Shown here: piece by piece, positions 30,606-40,355 of the stretch | Layout: each line of letters opens with the position of its first letter | Position numbering within the stretch: position 1 is the stretch's first letter | Source of the DNA: Pelagomonas calceolata | Lineage: Eukaryota | Reading direction: 5' to 3' | Assembly: GCA_918797485.1 (NCBI GenBank) | Contig: CAKKNE010000002.1 | Span: 1,178,001 to 1,242,000, forward strand | DNA: 64,000 nt | Notes under the pieces: model-generated | What the model saw: only the letters and a program-made list of their open reading frames with translations | Told to the model about the DNA's origin: nothing | Databases searched by the model: none | Made by a program: the position numbers and the translations under genes

Positions 30606-32906
30606 ATGAGACCGCGGGCAGCCCTCCTCCTGCCACTGGCCGGGGCCATCTGCCCCGACTACGAGACCCTGCCCTACTGCAGCGGCCACGGCGACTGCTC
30701 GATTAGTGGGAGGTGCGACTGCTGGGCCGGCTGGCGAGGTGGAAGTTGTGCGGAGCGGACGTGTCCCATGGGCCGAGCTTGGAGTGATATCGCGACGGCG
30801 ACGGACACCGCGCATGCTATGGCCGAGTGCTCGAACCGAGGTTTGTGTGACCGCACGACGGGGAGATGTGTCTGCGGCGTCGGTTTTGAAGGATCGGCTT
30901 GTCAGAGGATGGGCTGCCAGGGCACGTCGGATGACGGCTTACCGCTGGGTTGTAGCGGCCACGGCGAATGTCTGTCGCTGCGAGATTTGGCGAGGTTTGA
31001 ATACGACAAGTGGTCGCAACGGTTTCTATATGAAACGCCCTGGGACGCCGAGGCGATCTACGGGTGTTTATGTACGTTTCCTTATACCGGTCCCGCGTGC
31101 ACGACGCGGACGTGCCCCGAGGGCGACGATCCACTGACCTCCGGACAGGTCAACGAAGTGCAATTATTGAGCTGTATCGGCTTCGAGGGCAAGATTGTTT
31201 TGAGGTTTGCCGGACAACCGTCCAAGGAAATCGCCTGGGACGCCTCACCAAAAGACGTAGAACGAGCAATAGAAGCCACGGGCACCGCTGTCGGAGACGT
31301 CGTCGTCACCTTCACCAAAAGTGACGCCACCAAACTGTGCTACGCGCCCGAAGCGGACGAGGCGGATATTAACGTGGCCCAGATCGAATTCCGGACGGTC
31401 TTCGGGGACGTGCCTCCCTTGACTTTTGACGAGGCGTCGTCGTCCTTCGAGGGCACGGTCGAGACGAGATCCGTCGCGACGCACGGCGAGCTGGCTGTGT
31501 TGCGAGCTACCGACGGGCAATATGCCGCAGCCGTGCAAGCGACGAAAGAACGAGCAGCGTGTGCCGGACGAGGTCTCTGCGAGGAAGAAGAGGGCGAATG
31601 CGCCTGCTTCACGTCGAACTTCGAGCTATTCACGTCGTCCGATCTCTATGGCGGTCCGGGCCTCCACGGGGACTGCGGCCATCCGATGTCCGTCGTGACG
31701 ATGTGCCCCGGCGCCGAGGACGCTCTCTGTTCGGGAAATGGGAACTGTTTGGGACGGTGTCGCGACGGCGACGCCGACGGGCGATGTGTGGAGAGCGAAT
31801 TCTCGAAAGATCTGTTCGACGACGACGCCACGCCTTTCCCGTCGTACCACGCGCCGCGAAAACGGTGGCAGGCGGAAAAGCCCTTCCAGTGCGCGTGCAA
31901 GCAGGGCTGGACGGGCGGCGACTGTTCGCTCATGCTGTGTCCTCGCGCGCCGGCTTGGTTCTCGTATCCCTCGCGAGATGATAAGGCCCACGACGCGCTT
32001 CAGGAGTGCGCGGGCATGGGCGTGTGTGACCGCACGACGGGCATGTGCATGTGTCCTCCTCACTTGACGGGTGCGGCGTGTGAGAGACTCCAGTGTCCCG
32101 GTGCTGATATAAGTGGAGGCTTCCCGTGCAACGGTGTCGGGCGGTGTATGAGTATGAGAGAACTAGCACTACGAGGAGACACCACTGAGGGAAGTCCAGC
32201 ACATCATTTACCGTTCCCGGGCCTAGACTACGGCTTCGCGTACGGGTCAGATAATGATAATGGCCTGACCTGGGACGCGGACCGCATGTACGGCTGCGTC
32301 TGCGACGAGGGCTATGCGGGGTATGACTGTACCGAAAAAGCCTGTCCCACGGGCGACGACCCCGGGACGAGGGATCAATTGAACGAGCTGCAATCGATAG
32401 CCTGCAAGTACACGTCATCTTCAACGGATTTCGCGGGACGGTTCCAGCTCGTTTTTCGGGAGCAGTCGACGGTCTGGTTACCTTATAATTCATCTGCTAC
32501 TCAAATTGAGAAAGCTCTTGAATCATTAACCACTGTGGGGACGCTGAGCGTGACCATCAAACACGCGTCTGGCTATGATAACCCGGGACCCTTGCAAGCG
32601 TGCTACCACAAAGATAACACGCCTACGATCATAGCCGTCCAGTTCGAGACGGAGCACAGCAACGTGCCTCGGATGATGTCTTTGACGGACAGCGTTTCTG
32701 TCAGAGTCTATGCCGACGGCGAGTCGGGCTTTGGGGGGGACGCCACGAGCCACGCGGGCACCACCGAAGAAGAACCCTGCTCGAACCGGGGCCTCTGCGA
32801 CAAGGTCACCGGCCAGTGCACGTGTTTTCATGGGTACGGCATGTCCAATGGACTGGGCGGGCGGGGGACGATCGCGGACTGCGGGTATAAGCTGGAGGTT
32901 GTTTAG
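30606..32906 (+). CDS. Secreted EGF-repeat protein, tubular mastigoneme (Ocm/Sig-like) type
   Basis: Signal peptide; repeated 'ECSNRGLCDRTTGRCVC' EGF units; 'CPEGDDPLT...NEVQ' and 'CPTGDDP...NELQ' modules. Confidence 0.75.
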   Translation: MRPRAALLLPLAGAICPDYETLPYCSGHGDCSISGRCDCWAGWRGGSCAERTCPMGRAWSDIATATDTAHAMAECSNRGLCDRTTGRCVCGVGFEGSACQRMGCQGTSDDGLPLGCSGHGECLSLRDLARFEYDKWSQRFLYETPWDAEAIYGCLCTFPYTGPACTTRTCPEGDDPLTSGQVNEVQLLSCIGFEGKIVLRFAGQPSKEIAWDASPKDVERAIEATGTAVGDVVVTFTKSDATKLCYAPEADEADINVAQIEFRTVFGDVPPLTFDEASSSFEGTVETRSVATHGELAVLRATDGQYAAAVQATKERAACAGRGLCEEEEGECACFTSNFELFTSSDLYGGPGLHGDCGHPMSVVTMCPGAEDALCSGNGNCLGRCRDGDADGRCVESEFSKDLFDDDATPFPSYHAPRKRWQAEKPFQCACKQGWTGGDCSLMLCPRAPAWFSYPSRDDKAHDALQECAGMGVCDRTTGMCMCPPHLTGAACERLQCPGADISGGFPCNGVGRCMSMRELALRGDTTEGSPAHHLPFPGLDYGFAYGSDNDNGLTWDADRMYGCVCDEGYAGYDCTEKACPTGDDPGTRDQLNELQSIACKYTSSSTDFAGRFQLVFREQSTVWLPYNSSATQIEKALESLTTVGTLSVTIKHASGYDNPGPLQACYHKDNTPTIIAVQFETEHSNVPRMMSLTDSVSVRVYADGESGFGGDATSHAGTTEEEPCSNRGLCDKVTGQCTCFHGYGMSNGLGGRGTIADCGYKLEVV

Positions 32907-33043
32907 TCTTCGAGTGCTTTCTTTGCGACCGTGGGGGCGTAGTCGTTGCGAGCCTGAGTGCTCACGTGCCTGAGCTGATCTCTAGAGCTGATCGGGTTTT
33001 TCATTTTTTTCATAGTTATCACAGGGAGGGATGGGCGAGTGCT

Positions 33044-34879
33044 TTAGCCGTGCTCGGCCTTGACCTCAGTCTTGACGCGAGCGCGCCGCGGCCGCTTCCG
33101 CGGCGGCGGCTCCGGGCTCGGCTCGCGCTCCGGCTCTTCTTCTTCCTCTTCCTCGTCGTCGTCGGACTGGATCTCGATGACCTCGTGGTGGCGCGTGATG
33201 CTGTCGAACGCCACGCCTCCTAAATGAGCGACGGCGTAGCCATTAATCAGCACGCGCCGCCCCGGCCGCGGCTCGACCCGCGTCACGCGTAACTTCCTCG
33301 ATCTACCGGTCACACAGAGCATGAACACGCGGACCCCAAACGCATCAGCAAAAGCTTGCAGGAAGATCGTGTGCTGCATCTCGACCACAGCCGCGCCGCG
33401 CCGCGTCGCGAGGCCGCCGCCGCCGAGGCGCCAATCTTTTCGCGACAGCATCACTTCGGCGGCGCCCAGCCGCTTCAATACGACGTTCGGTGATGATGAG
33501 TCGGAGGACTGCTGGACGGATGCCTCGTAGCCCTCCTCGCCGTCCTCTCCTAGACCGCCTACCTCGTCCGGCTCGACCGCCTCGACCTGGACCAGATCTC
33601 CGGCCACGAGCGGCGGCGGATCGTCCTTCAGCGCGAGTGCGTCGTCGTACTTGGCACCAATGCGGACCGATCCCTTGGCCGCGCGGCGGCTCGCCACGAA
33701 GTCGCGCCAGTCCTCATACTCGCGCAGCGGCGATTTGGAGGGCCGGAACAGCTTGCCGTATTCGTCTCCGCACCACTCACCACCGGGGTAAAGCCTCTTG
33801 TCGTTTCCATCCCCGGCCTCGCGCCGCTCGATCTCCTCGATAACAACGTGCTCTACATATTTCGAGAGCTGGTGAGTCCCACAAAGCTGGTGAGATAACG
33901 CGTCGAAAAGACCGCGAGCCTCGCCACATAGCTTGAAGCCCTCGCTCCGGAGCTTGCTGTCGAGCTCAGCCGTCGCCGCCACCGCTCGCGGGGCCCGCGC
34001 GCCGCCGAGGGGCGAGAGCTCGGTGGTCCAGAGGTATGTTGGCGGCTCGGTGATGGCGTAGCCGGCGCGTAGCGCGCTACGCATCTCGCGCGACCGTAAG
34101 CGCGTCGCGTCAATCTCAGCAGTCTGGCCGTCTAGCCAAACCTTCGGCGTCGTCTTAGCGAGATGCAACGCTTCGATCGCCGCGTAGCGGAAGCTGTACG
34201 TCGCAATGGGCGTCGGATCCTTCTCGGTGACGTAGACGTGCCGCGTCGTTGCTCTTTGAGGCGCATCAAATGCCGCGCCCATGCCAAATACGTTCTTCTT
34301 GCCGCCGCCGGCCGCGGCGGCCGTGGTCATGGAACCGGCGTGTCTCGAGACCGTGGCCTGCTTTTGGCGGGGCGGAGCGATCTGCCGGTATACAACAACG
34401 TCGATGCGCCCTTGTTGCGACTGTGGCTCCGCGGCGCCGTAATCGACCACGGCCGGGGCGCCCGGGTCGCGCGCGGCGATGGGCGCGAAACGCATCTTCT
34501 GCTTGTAGCCCGTCCGGCGAGCATTGTCGTCGTAACTGCAGCTGGTGATGCCGGTGGAGGCGTTTACTGCGGGCGGGCTAGGACGATCGATGATTTTTTT
34601 GGAGACCAGGGCGCCGTCCACGTATACTCGGGTCGAGATGTCGTCGCTGCGCGCATTGCCGATGTAGATCTCAAAGTACTGCCCCGCCTCGACGGCAATG
34701 AGGCATTTGGTCTGGCGCGAGCACGCCGTGGTCCGCTCGACCATGTCGGACTTCTCCCGCGGCCGCCGCCGCAGCCACTCCCAGTCCCTCGGCGCCGCGT
34801 CGGCGTCCTGCATTTCCATCACCTTCCGCCCGTCTACGAGAACGTAGCACGAGGTCTGGGAGGCCTGGTCGGCCGGCAT
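33044..34879 (-). CDS. Hypothetical protein: beta-rich N-terminal domain plus degenerate OTU-like domain
   Basis: Long ORF with 'RVYVDG...GRIDVVVYR...FRY', then 'GLFDALSHQLCG', 'LQAFADAFGVRV', 'HLGGVAFDSI' and an acidic/basic NLS-like tail. Confidence 0.6.
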   Translation of the reverse strand: MPADQASQTSCYVLVDGRKVMEMQDADAAPRDWEWLRRRPREKSDMVERTTACSRQTKCLIAVEAGQYFEIYIGNARSDDISTRVYVDGALVSKKIIDRPSPPAVNASTGITSCSYDDNARRTGYKQKMRFAPIAARDPGAPAVVDYGAAEPQSQQGRIDVVVYRQIAPPRQKQATVSRHAGSMTTAAAAGGGKKNVFGMGAAFDAPQRATTRHVYVTEKDPTPIATYSFRYAAIEALHLAKTTPKVWLDGQTAEIDATRLRSREMRSALRAGYAITEPPTYLWTTELSPLGGARAPRAVAATAELDSKLRSEGFKLCGEARGLFDALSHQLCGTHQLSKYVEHVVIEEIERREAGDGNDKRLYPGGEWCGDEYGKLFRPSKSPLREYEDWRDFVASRRAAKGSVRIGAKYDDALALKDDPPPLVAGDLVQVEAVEPDEVGGLGEDGEEGYEASVQQSSDSSSPNVVLKRLGAAEVMLSRKDWRLGGGGLATRRGAAVVEMQHTIFLQAFADAFGVRVFMLCVTGRSRKLRVTRVEPRPGRRVLINGYAVAHLGGVAFDSITRHHEVIEIQSDDDEEEEEEEPEREPSPEPPPRKRPRRARVKTEVKAEHG

Positions 34880-35098
34880 CTTGAGATCTCGTTGCTCTCT
34901 TGTTCGGTCGCGTCGACGCGGCGGATGTTAATTGGCTCTCACAGGCTCGCAGACTATTTGTTGTCTGCGGCACGACAGGCGATTTGCTTCGCTGCAGCGT
35001 CTCCCACAGCAGATCTGTGGTGACTGCGGGCACCGGCGCACGCTTCCTCGTCCACGCGCAGGCACACAGAGCTTCGCAAAAGCCAAGGCGCAGCCGAG

Positions 35099-35120
35099 CT
35101 AGCGGCCTGTAACACACTAG
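35099..35120 (+). promoter_or_regulatory. CTAG-bounded upstream motif (CTAGCGGCCTGTAACACACTAG)
   Basis: One mismatch to consensus; divergent gap. Confidence 0.72.
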
Positions 35121-35256
35121 GAAAGCAGACCAAAAGCAGCTATACTCGTCGCACGGGTGCTTCCGAGTCCCATTCGTGTGTCTTGGTACGAGAAACGCTT
35201 GCTCTCGTAGTCCTGCGACAGTTGGTTGCGATTACGACAGCTGGTATCCGTGCGAC

Positions 35257-36459
35257 ATGGCTGAGCACTGGGCTGTAACCTACCAGATAGCAGGAGAGGA
35301 GGCGCACGGACTCAATTACGTAGAATTCACCACTAGCACAAGAACACTGCACGCAGCACAGCTTGCACAAAAACTACCGCCACCCCCAGAAAACGCGACT
35401 TGGCATCTCGCGCTGGTCTCGAACGACGCCGGAGACGCGAGGGCGCTCGCACCGACCGACGAACTGTTCTGGTCGCCGGAGCCCCTGCGTGTCGTCGTGG
35501 CCGCTGTCGCGCCCGCGGGCAACGGAGGCGACGACGACGACCGCGCTCTGCCCCCGCCACCGACGACGTCTTCGCCGCAAAAGAACCGGCGAGCGTCGCG
35601 GTGGCTCGCCAAGGGCATAAGCGCGGCCAAGAGCGCGACGGCCGCGGCGGCACGAGTCGTCGACGCGGCCGCCGCGGCGACGGGCGGGACCTTAACTGTC
35701 GGTACGCGCAAGGTGCGCGTCGGAGCTCTGCTTGACGACTCGACGCGACGACGGACCTTCGTCGCACGCGACGTCAAGGCTGCAGAGGAGTTCTCCCTTA
35801 CGTTAGTCGTGTGCGATGGCAAGGACGCACTGCGCGACGTGCGACGGGAGGTGGAGCTGCTAGCGGCGGTCGGGCGCGAGTGCCGGCACTGTCCGATCCT
35901 TGTTGGGCAGAGCATACAGAGGGATGGTCCAAAGATCAGCGTCGCGCTGCTCGGCCGCCCATTCGTCGCGCTAGCGACGGAACGCCTGCCGGGGGCCAGG
36001 ATACCTGTCGTGCTACGGGGCGTCGCGGCGGCGCTCGCACACATGCATAGCCGGGACGTGGCCCTCGGCGACGTCGGCCCGCGCTCGGTAGGCCTCAACC
36101 GCGACGGCGAGGCGCTGCTCGCCGACTTCTCGTGCGCGCGCTCGCCGTGCGCCCACGACACGGCCACGCGCGAGGCGTGCATGGCACTCGCCGCGACGCT
36201 CGTCGACGCGAAGAACCGCCAGTGCCAGGCGCCCGAGGTCGCGTCGTTGAAGCCTGGGGGTCCGCCGGTAGACGCGAGGGCCGACGTGTACGCGTTCGGG
36301 AGCTGGGCGCATCTTGTGGCGACGGGCGCGCCGCCGCGGAACGGCGTCGACAGCGCTCTCCCGGGTCGCCTCGCCGCACTACTCCGGGAGGCGCTCGCGT
36401 CGGACGTCGACGCCCGGCCCGACGCGGCGACGCTTCTCGCGAAGTGCCAGTTGCTGTAA
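35257..36459 (+). CDS. Protein kinase-fold protein, probable pseudokinase
   Basis: 'LAHMHSRDVALGDV' (HRD replaced by LGD), 'LADFS', 'QAPEV', 'DVYAFG', 'RPDA'; no Gly-loop or VAIK Lys. Confidence 0.7.
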   Translation: MAEHWAVTYQIAGEEAHGLNYVEFTTSTRTLHAAQLAQKLPPPPENATWHLALVSNDAGDARALAPTDELFWSPEPLRVVVAAVAPAGNGGDDDDRALPPPPTTSSPQKNRRASRWLAKGISAAKSATAAAARVVDAAAAATGGTLTVGTRKVRVGALLDDSTRRRTFVARDVKAAEEFSLTLVVCDGKDALRDVRREVELLAAVGRECRHCPILVGQSIQRDGPKISVALLGRPFVALATERLPGARIPVVLRGVAAALAHMHSRDVALGDVGPRSVGLNRDGEALLADFSCARSPCAHDTATREACMALAATLVDAKNRQCQAPEVASLKPGGPPVDARADVYAFGSWAHLVATGAPPRNGVDSALPGRLAALLREALASDVDARPDAATLLAKCQLL

Positions 36460-36472
36460 TGTATGTGTCTAG

Positions 36473-37585
36473 TTAGTGCGTCCGCCCCCCGCCCGTGACG
36501 CGGATGGACACGCTCGTCGCCTTGACGAACTCCGCGGACTCCTTCGGCTCGACGAGGAACCGCTCGCCCGTCGTCGACGCCACTTTGCCGTCCCTATACC
36601 GCGTCTGCTTCCGCAGCTCCCGCTTGCCGCCATCCGAGTGGACGATGGGATGGTGCTCCTTGACCTCCTTCTCCATATGGTACTCCTCGAACAGCCGCCG
36701 GCGCTCGTCCTTGGACAGGACGTGGTCGAAGAAGGCGTCGCGCGTGATGACGCGGCCCTTGCGCTCGGACTCCTCGCCGCGCTTCAACGCGTCCAAAGAA
36801 GCTTGGACGAGCGTCTCGGCCGCGACGTTCGCGTCGCCCTTGGCTCGGCGCACGTGCTCCTCGACCAACTCGACGCGCACCGCGGGGAAGACCTCGCGCA
36901 GCGCCGTGACGGCGTCGTCCTGCTTACTCCGCTGCACGGACACGCCGCCCCGCAACGCAACCAAAGCCTTCACGAGGGCTCTCGCTAGCGGCTCCGTCGC
37001 GTCCGCCTCATTCTCATCGTCCGCGAGGAAGGGCGCCGCGGCCTCGACGGCCGTCGCGACCGCGGTCTTCGCGTCGCCGTCACACAATAACTCGGAGAGC
37101 GCCAGCCGCGCGAGGTAGGCGCCCGCGTCCTCGTCCAGATTGAGCGTCTTCTCCAAATCTCGGGCGGCGGCCGCGACGCCGGCGTCCACCGCCGAATCGT
37201 CGTCGCCGTCGCTCGCGTTGTCGAGGGCCTGGGCTTCCGCCGCGAGGCGGTCGACCCACGGCGTGCCGTCGTCGTCGTCGTCGGTTTCCTCGTCCTTTGC
37301 GTTTGGATCGTCCCACTGCGTCACGCCGGACGTGCAGTCGTGCCAGTAGGGTCTTCCGGACTTGGCGTCGATGTAGCGGACCCAGTGGGCGGGCGGCGGC
37401 GGCCGGTCGTCCTTGCCTTCATGGATGCTGCGGGGTTTTGCGTCTTTTGGTTGTGCTGATTGATCTTCTCGGCGCCGTCCGCGGCGGTGCTTCGGTTTCG
37501 AGCTGGCTACTGTCTTTTGTGCTGTGGCTTCCGTCGTCGACGGTCCGGCGTCCGCTGGTTTCGCACGAGCGGTGAGTTCCGCCAT
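36473..37585 (-). CDS. WW domain plus CUE domain protein, CUEDC2-like
   Basis: WW 'WVRYIDAKSGRPYWHDCTSGVTQWDDP'; CUE 'LREVFP...AKGDANVAAETL'; CUEDC2-type tail 'RYRDGKVASTTGERF...KAT'. Confidence 0.75.
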   Translation of the reverse strand: MAELTARAKPADAGPSTTEATAQKTVASSKPKHRRGRRREDQSAQPKDAKPRSIHEGKDDRPPPPAHWVRYIDAKSGRPYWHDCTSGVTQWDDPNAKDEETDDDDDGTPWVDRLAAEAQALDNASDGDDDSAVDAGVAAAARDLEKTLNLDEDAGAYLARLALSELLCDGDAKTAVATAVEAAAPFLADDENEADATEPLARALVKALVALRGGVSVQRSKQDDAVTALREVFPAVRVELVEEHVRRAKGDANVAAETLVQASLDALKRGEESERKGRVITRDAFFDHVLSKDERRRLFEEYHMEKEVKEHHPIVHSDGGKRELRKQTRYRDGKVASTTGERFLVEPKESAEFVKATSVSIRVTGGGRTH

Positions 37586-37647
37586 GCTTTAACCTTCGTT
37601 TGCGCTCTTATATGTGGCGGACGCGAGCGCCGCTTTTTGTGGATTAT

Positions 37648-37669
37648 CTAGCGGCCTGTAAGACACTAG
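37648..37669 (+). promoter_or_regulatory. CTAG-bounded upstream motif, consensus copy CTAGCGGCCTGTAAGACACTAG
   Basis: Near the centre of a 166-bp divergent gap; identical to 12860-12881. Confidence 0.75.
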
Positions 37670-37751
37670 GAATAACGCAGCGCAAGCCAGGGCTGCCCCG
37701 ATTATCACGCTTGAACGCGCATTGCTGCCAAACGGATAAGAGCGGCGCGCC

Positions 37752-38981
37752 ATGGGCTGCAGCACCTCCCGAATCAGCCCGGACCTCCCGGCGGCCAACA
37801 ACTGGAAACAATGGCCGGCGGGCTCTTACCCGACGCGCTTCGTCGAGCTTGCGTCGCCGGAGGACGCGGACGACACGGCGGGCAACGGCTTCCTTTTTGT
37901 GGAGTCGTGCGCCTACAATAAAATATTTGACGCCGATAATTTCTACGTGCCCGTGCAGCACACCGACAGCTCGTGCCACATCTACAAGGTGAGCGTATCG
38001 GACGGGTCTAAGAAGGCGGAGCGCGTCCATCAGGTCGTCAAAAAGTCGGACGGCGAGAAGATGATCTCGCCGTTCGGCAGCGCGCTCTCCGACGAGGGCG
38101 TGCTGTGGCTGTGCTGCTTCAACGAGAACATGGTGTGTGGCGTCGATCTGCGCTCGGGCGAGATGGTCGTGGAGGCCACCGTACCGGCGCCGAATGACAT
38201 CTGCGTGAGCGACGACGGCAAGTACGTCTACGCTGGCTGCGGGTCGTGGCTGGGCAAGGTCCCTCTCGCGCCGGCGGGCACGATCTGGCGCGTGACGACG
38301 GCGGCGCCATACACGTGCAAGAAGGTGGTCGGCGGGGCGCAGGGCGCGATGGCTGGGATCGCAGAGGTCAAGGGCAAGCTCTTCTGCGCGCACTTGCAGC
38401 GGATGAGCGTGTACGGCGCCAAGCGCAAAATATACACGCTGTCGGGGCTGAGGAAGCAGATCTGGACCGGATTGTGCAGCCAAGACGCGGATCCGGAGAA
38501 GGTGGATAAGTTCTACCTCGCCGACAACCTGGCCTGGTGGGACGCGGAGAGGCCCCGCAAGGTGATCCTGACGCCGGCCTACCGCTCCCTGCCTGCGCCG
38601 CTCGGCCATATCTTGGACAGGTCGATCGGGGTGAACGCCGTCGGCTGGTCGGCGGCGCGCGCGGCGACGACGCTATTGCGCCTGAAGGACGGTGGCATCG
38701 AGGAGGTCGCAAAGGTGAACGACGACGGCCTGAGCCCGGAAGTCGACCTAAAATTTTCCAAAGGCGACGACTTCCCCCACGTCCATCTCTGCCTGTACAA
38801 CACCGAAACGGGCGCCACCGCGAACCATGTCTTCCTCCTCGACCAGGCGGTGCAAGGGGCCAACTTTGACGGCCACGTGACGCACGCGGAGCACGTCGGC
38901 GACGGCAAGGTCGCGTGCGTCAACTTCCTGAAGCGGAAGGTGCTCATCATCGACACGAAGGGCCTCATCACGCTGCCGTGA
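37752..38981 (+). CDS. SMP-30/gluconolactonase-like beta-propeller protein, possible N-acylation (MGC)
   Basis: 'PNDICVSDDGKYVY', 'LADNLAW', repeated beta-blade pattern. Confidence 0.6.
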   Translation: MGCSTSRISPDLPAANNWKQWPAGSYPTRFVELASPEDADDTAGNGFLFVESCAYNKIFDADNFYVPVQHTDSSCHIYKVSVSDGSKKAERVHQVVKKSDGEKMISPFGSALSDEGVLWLCCFNENMVCGVDLRSGEMVVEATVPAPNDICVSDDGKYVYAGCGSWLGKVPLAPAGTIWRVTTAAPYTCKKVVGGAQGAMAGIAEVKGKLFCAHLQRMSVYGAKRKIYTLSGLRKQIWTGLCSQDADPEKVDKFYLADNLAWWDAERPRKVILTPAYRSLPAPLGHILDRSIGVNAVGWSAARAATTLLRLKDGGIEEVAKVNDDGLSPEVDLKFSKGDDFPHVHLCLYNTETGATANHVFLLDQAVQGANFDGHVTHAEHVGDGKVACVNFLKRKVLIIDTKGLITLP

Positions 38982-39091
38982 GTACTGTGTGTGGTGTGCG
39001 TATGTTGCTCGGCGACGCATACCTCCCGACCAATATCTACTCCTTTGTTTTTGGAGACGTTATCCTCGTGAAGAAGAAGAAATAATCACTA

Positions 39092-40000
39092 TTAAAGATC
39101 TCGTCGCGCCTTAGCAGGCATGGGCCGCTCCTTGACGCGGCACGTCTCGAAGCGCGCGAGCTCGGGGAAGTCGCGGTGTAACATATCGTAGCCGCCCCGC
39201 TCGTAAATCTTCTGCGGGTCCGGCCCGCCGCCCCATGGCGGCATGTCCCCGTACGAATTCACGAGCATGGGCAGCACACTGCGAATAGCATCGTCATCCG
39301 CGACCGCAAAAGGCGTCTCCCACGGGTTCTCCCCGAAGGCGTTCAGTTGATGTCGAGAGGTCTCGGGCATGACGACGAACATCTCCGTGGAACGCGAGTT
39401 CGGTCCACTTCCAGCAAAGGCCACGTAGCCCGGCTTGAAGGGGATCGACTGCGGCGGGTCGTCCTCTATCGTTCGCATGCGCCACCAGGTCCTCGCTTCG
39501 TAGTCCGCCGCTATCCCAAACTGCGCCAGAAACTGCGGCACGACCCTGTTAATAGCACAGTCGTCAAAGAAGTGCTTCCTCACGAGCTCTAGGAACCGTC
39601 CCGCCCCGCGAGGAGACCAGTCGGGATACACGGTAAATCCAATTTTCCCCCTCCCCTTTGCACCGTACTTCCCACCGGCCACGACGCACTCGACTCTACA
39701 TCTTCCATTCTTCGTAAGTGAGTAATAGGTCCTGTCGGCTCTTATAACTATATCCTCGACGCCGACGCTGTGCCCGCCCTCATAATGGAACTGGTGGCCT
39801 ACATGCGTGTTCTGCGGCAGCTCGCCCCCATACGCCCTCGCGACGCCGACTTTCGTCTTTTGTTTCGTCGCGGGGTCGACCCAGTACAGAGTAGCGTCTT
39901 CGTCCATCTCGTTCCGGAAAATAACGGAGTGCGCGGCCGCTATTATTGAATAGGATTGGCCGGCGGCCGCGGCGAGGAGGAGCGCGCGGAGCATCCTCAT
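39092..40000 (-). CDS. Cyclophilin-type peptidyl-prolyl isomerase with signal peptide and N-terminal beta domain
   Basis: 'WSPRGAGRFLELV...FFDDCAINRVVPQFLAQFGI', 'VAFAGSGPNSRSTEMF', 'WETPFA'. Confidence 0.85.
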   Translation of the reverse strand: MRMLRALLLAAAAGQSYSIIAAAHSVIFRNEMDEDATLYWVDPATKQKTKVGVARAYGGELPQNTHVGHQFHYEGGHSVGVEDIVIRADRTYYSLTKNGRCRVECVVAGGKYGAKGRGKIGFTVYPDWSPRGAGRFLELVRKHFFDDCAINRVVPQFLAQFGIAADYEARTWWRMRTIEDDPPQSIPFKPGYVAFAGSGPNSRSTEMFVVMPETSRHQLNAFGENPWETPFAVADDDAIRSVLPMLVNSYGDMPPWGGGPDPQKIYERGGYDMLHRDFPELARFETCRVKERPMPAKARRDL

Positions 40001-40355
40001 CCGTAGTTGACGCCTCTCGCGCTGCCAAGTGCTTAGCAGTGCGCTGTCTGGCTGGGTTTCGTGCCGCGCCCGGGACGTGCAGCCGTTGTAAGCGTGCAAT
40101 CTGCACGATTCCTAACAAGCACACGATCCGTGCGATACGCGCTTCGCGCAGCGTCGGCCGTTCGCGACTCAGCCCGTGCCAAAAACTGCTGCTGCAGAGG
40201 CAAGAGGAGGCAATTTGGCACGTCGCTAGCGCGCGCGAGCGGACGACTGCGCGCGTTTGCGCGCTGCAGTGGTCAAACGCGGTCGCAGAGGAGCCAAATC
40301 TAACAGCTCAAAACGCCGACGACGCGCACAGACACAGAGCAACACACTGCTCTCA

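Noticed and set aside
37644..38609. 321-aa minus-strand ORF
   Set aside because: Antisense to the beta-propeller gene; no recognisable motifs.
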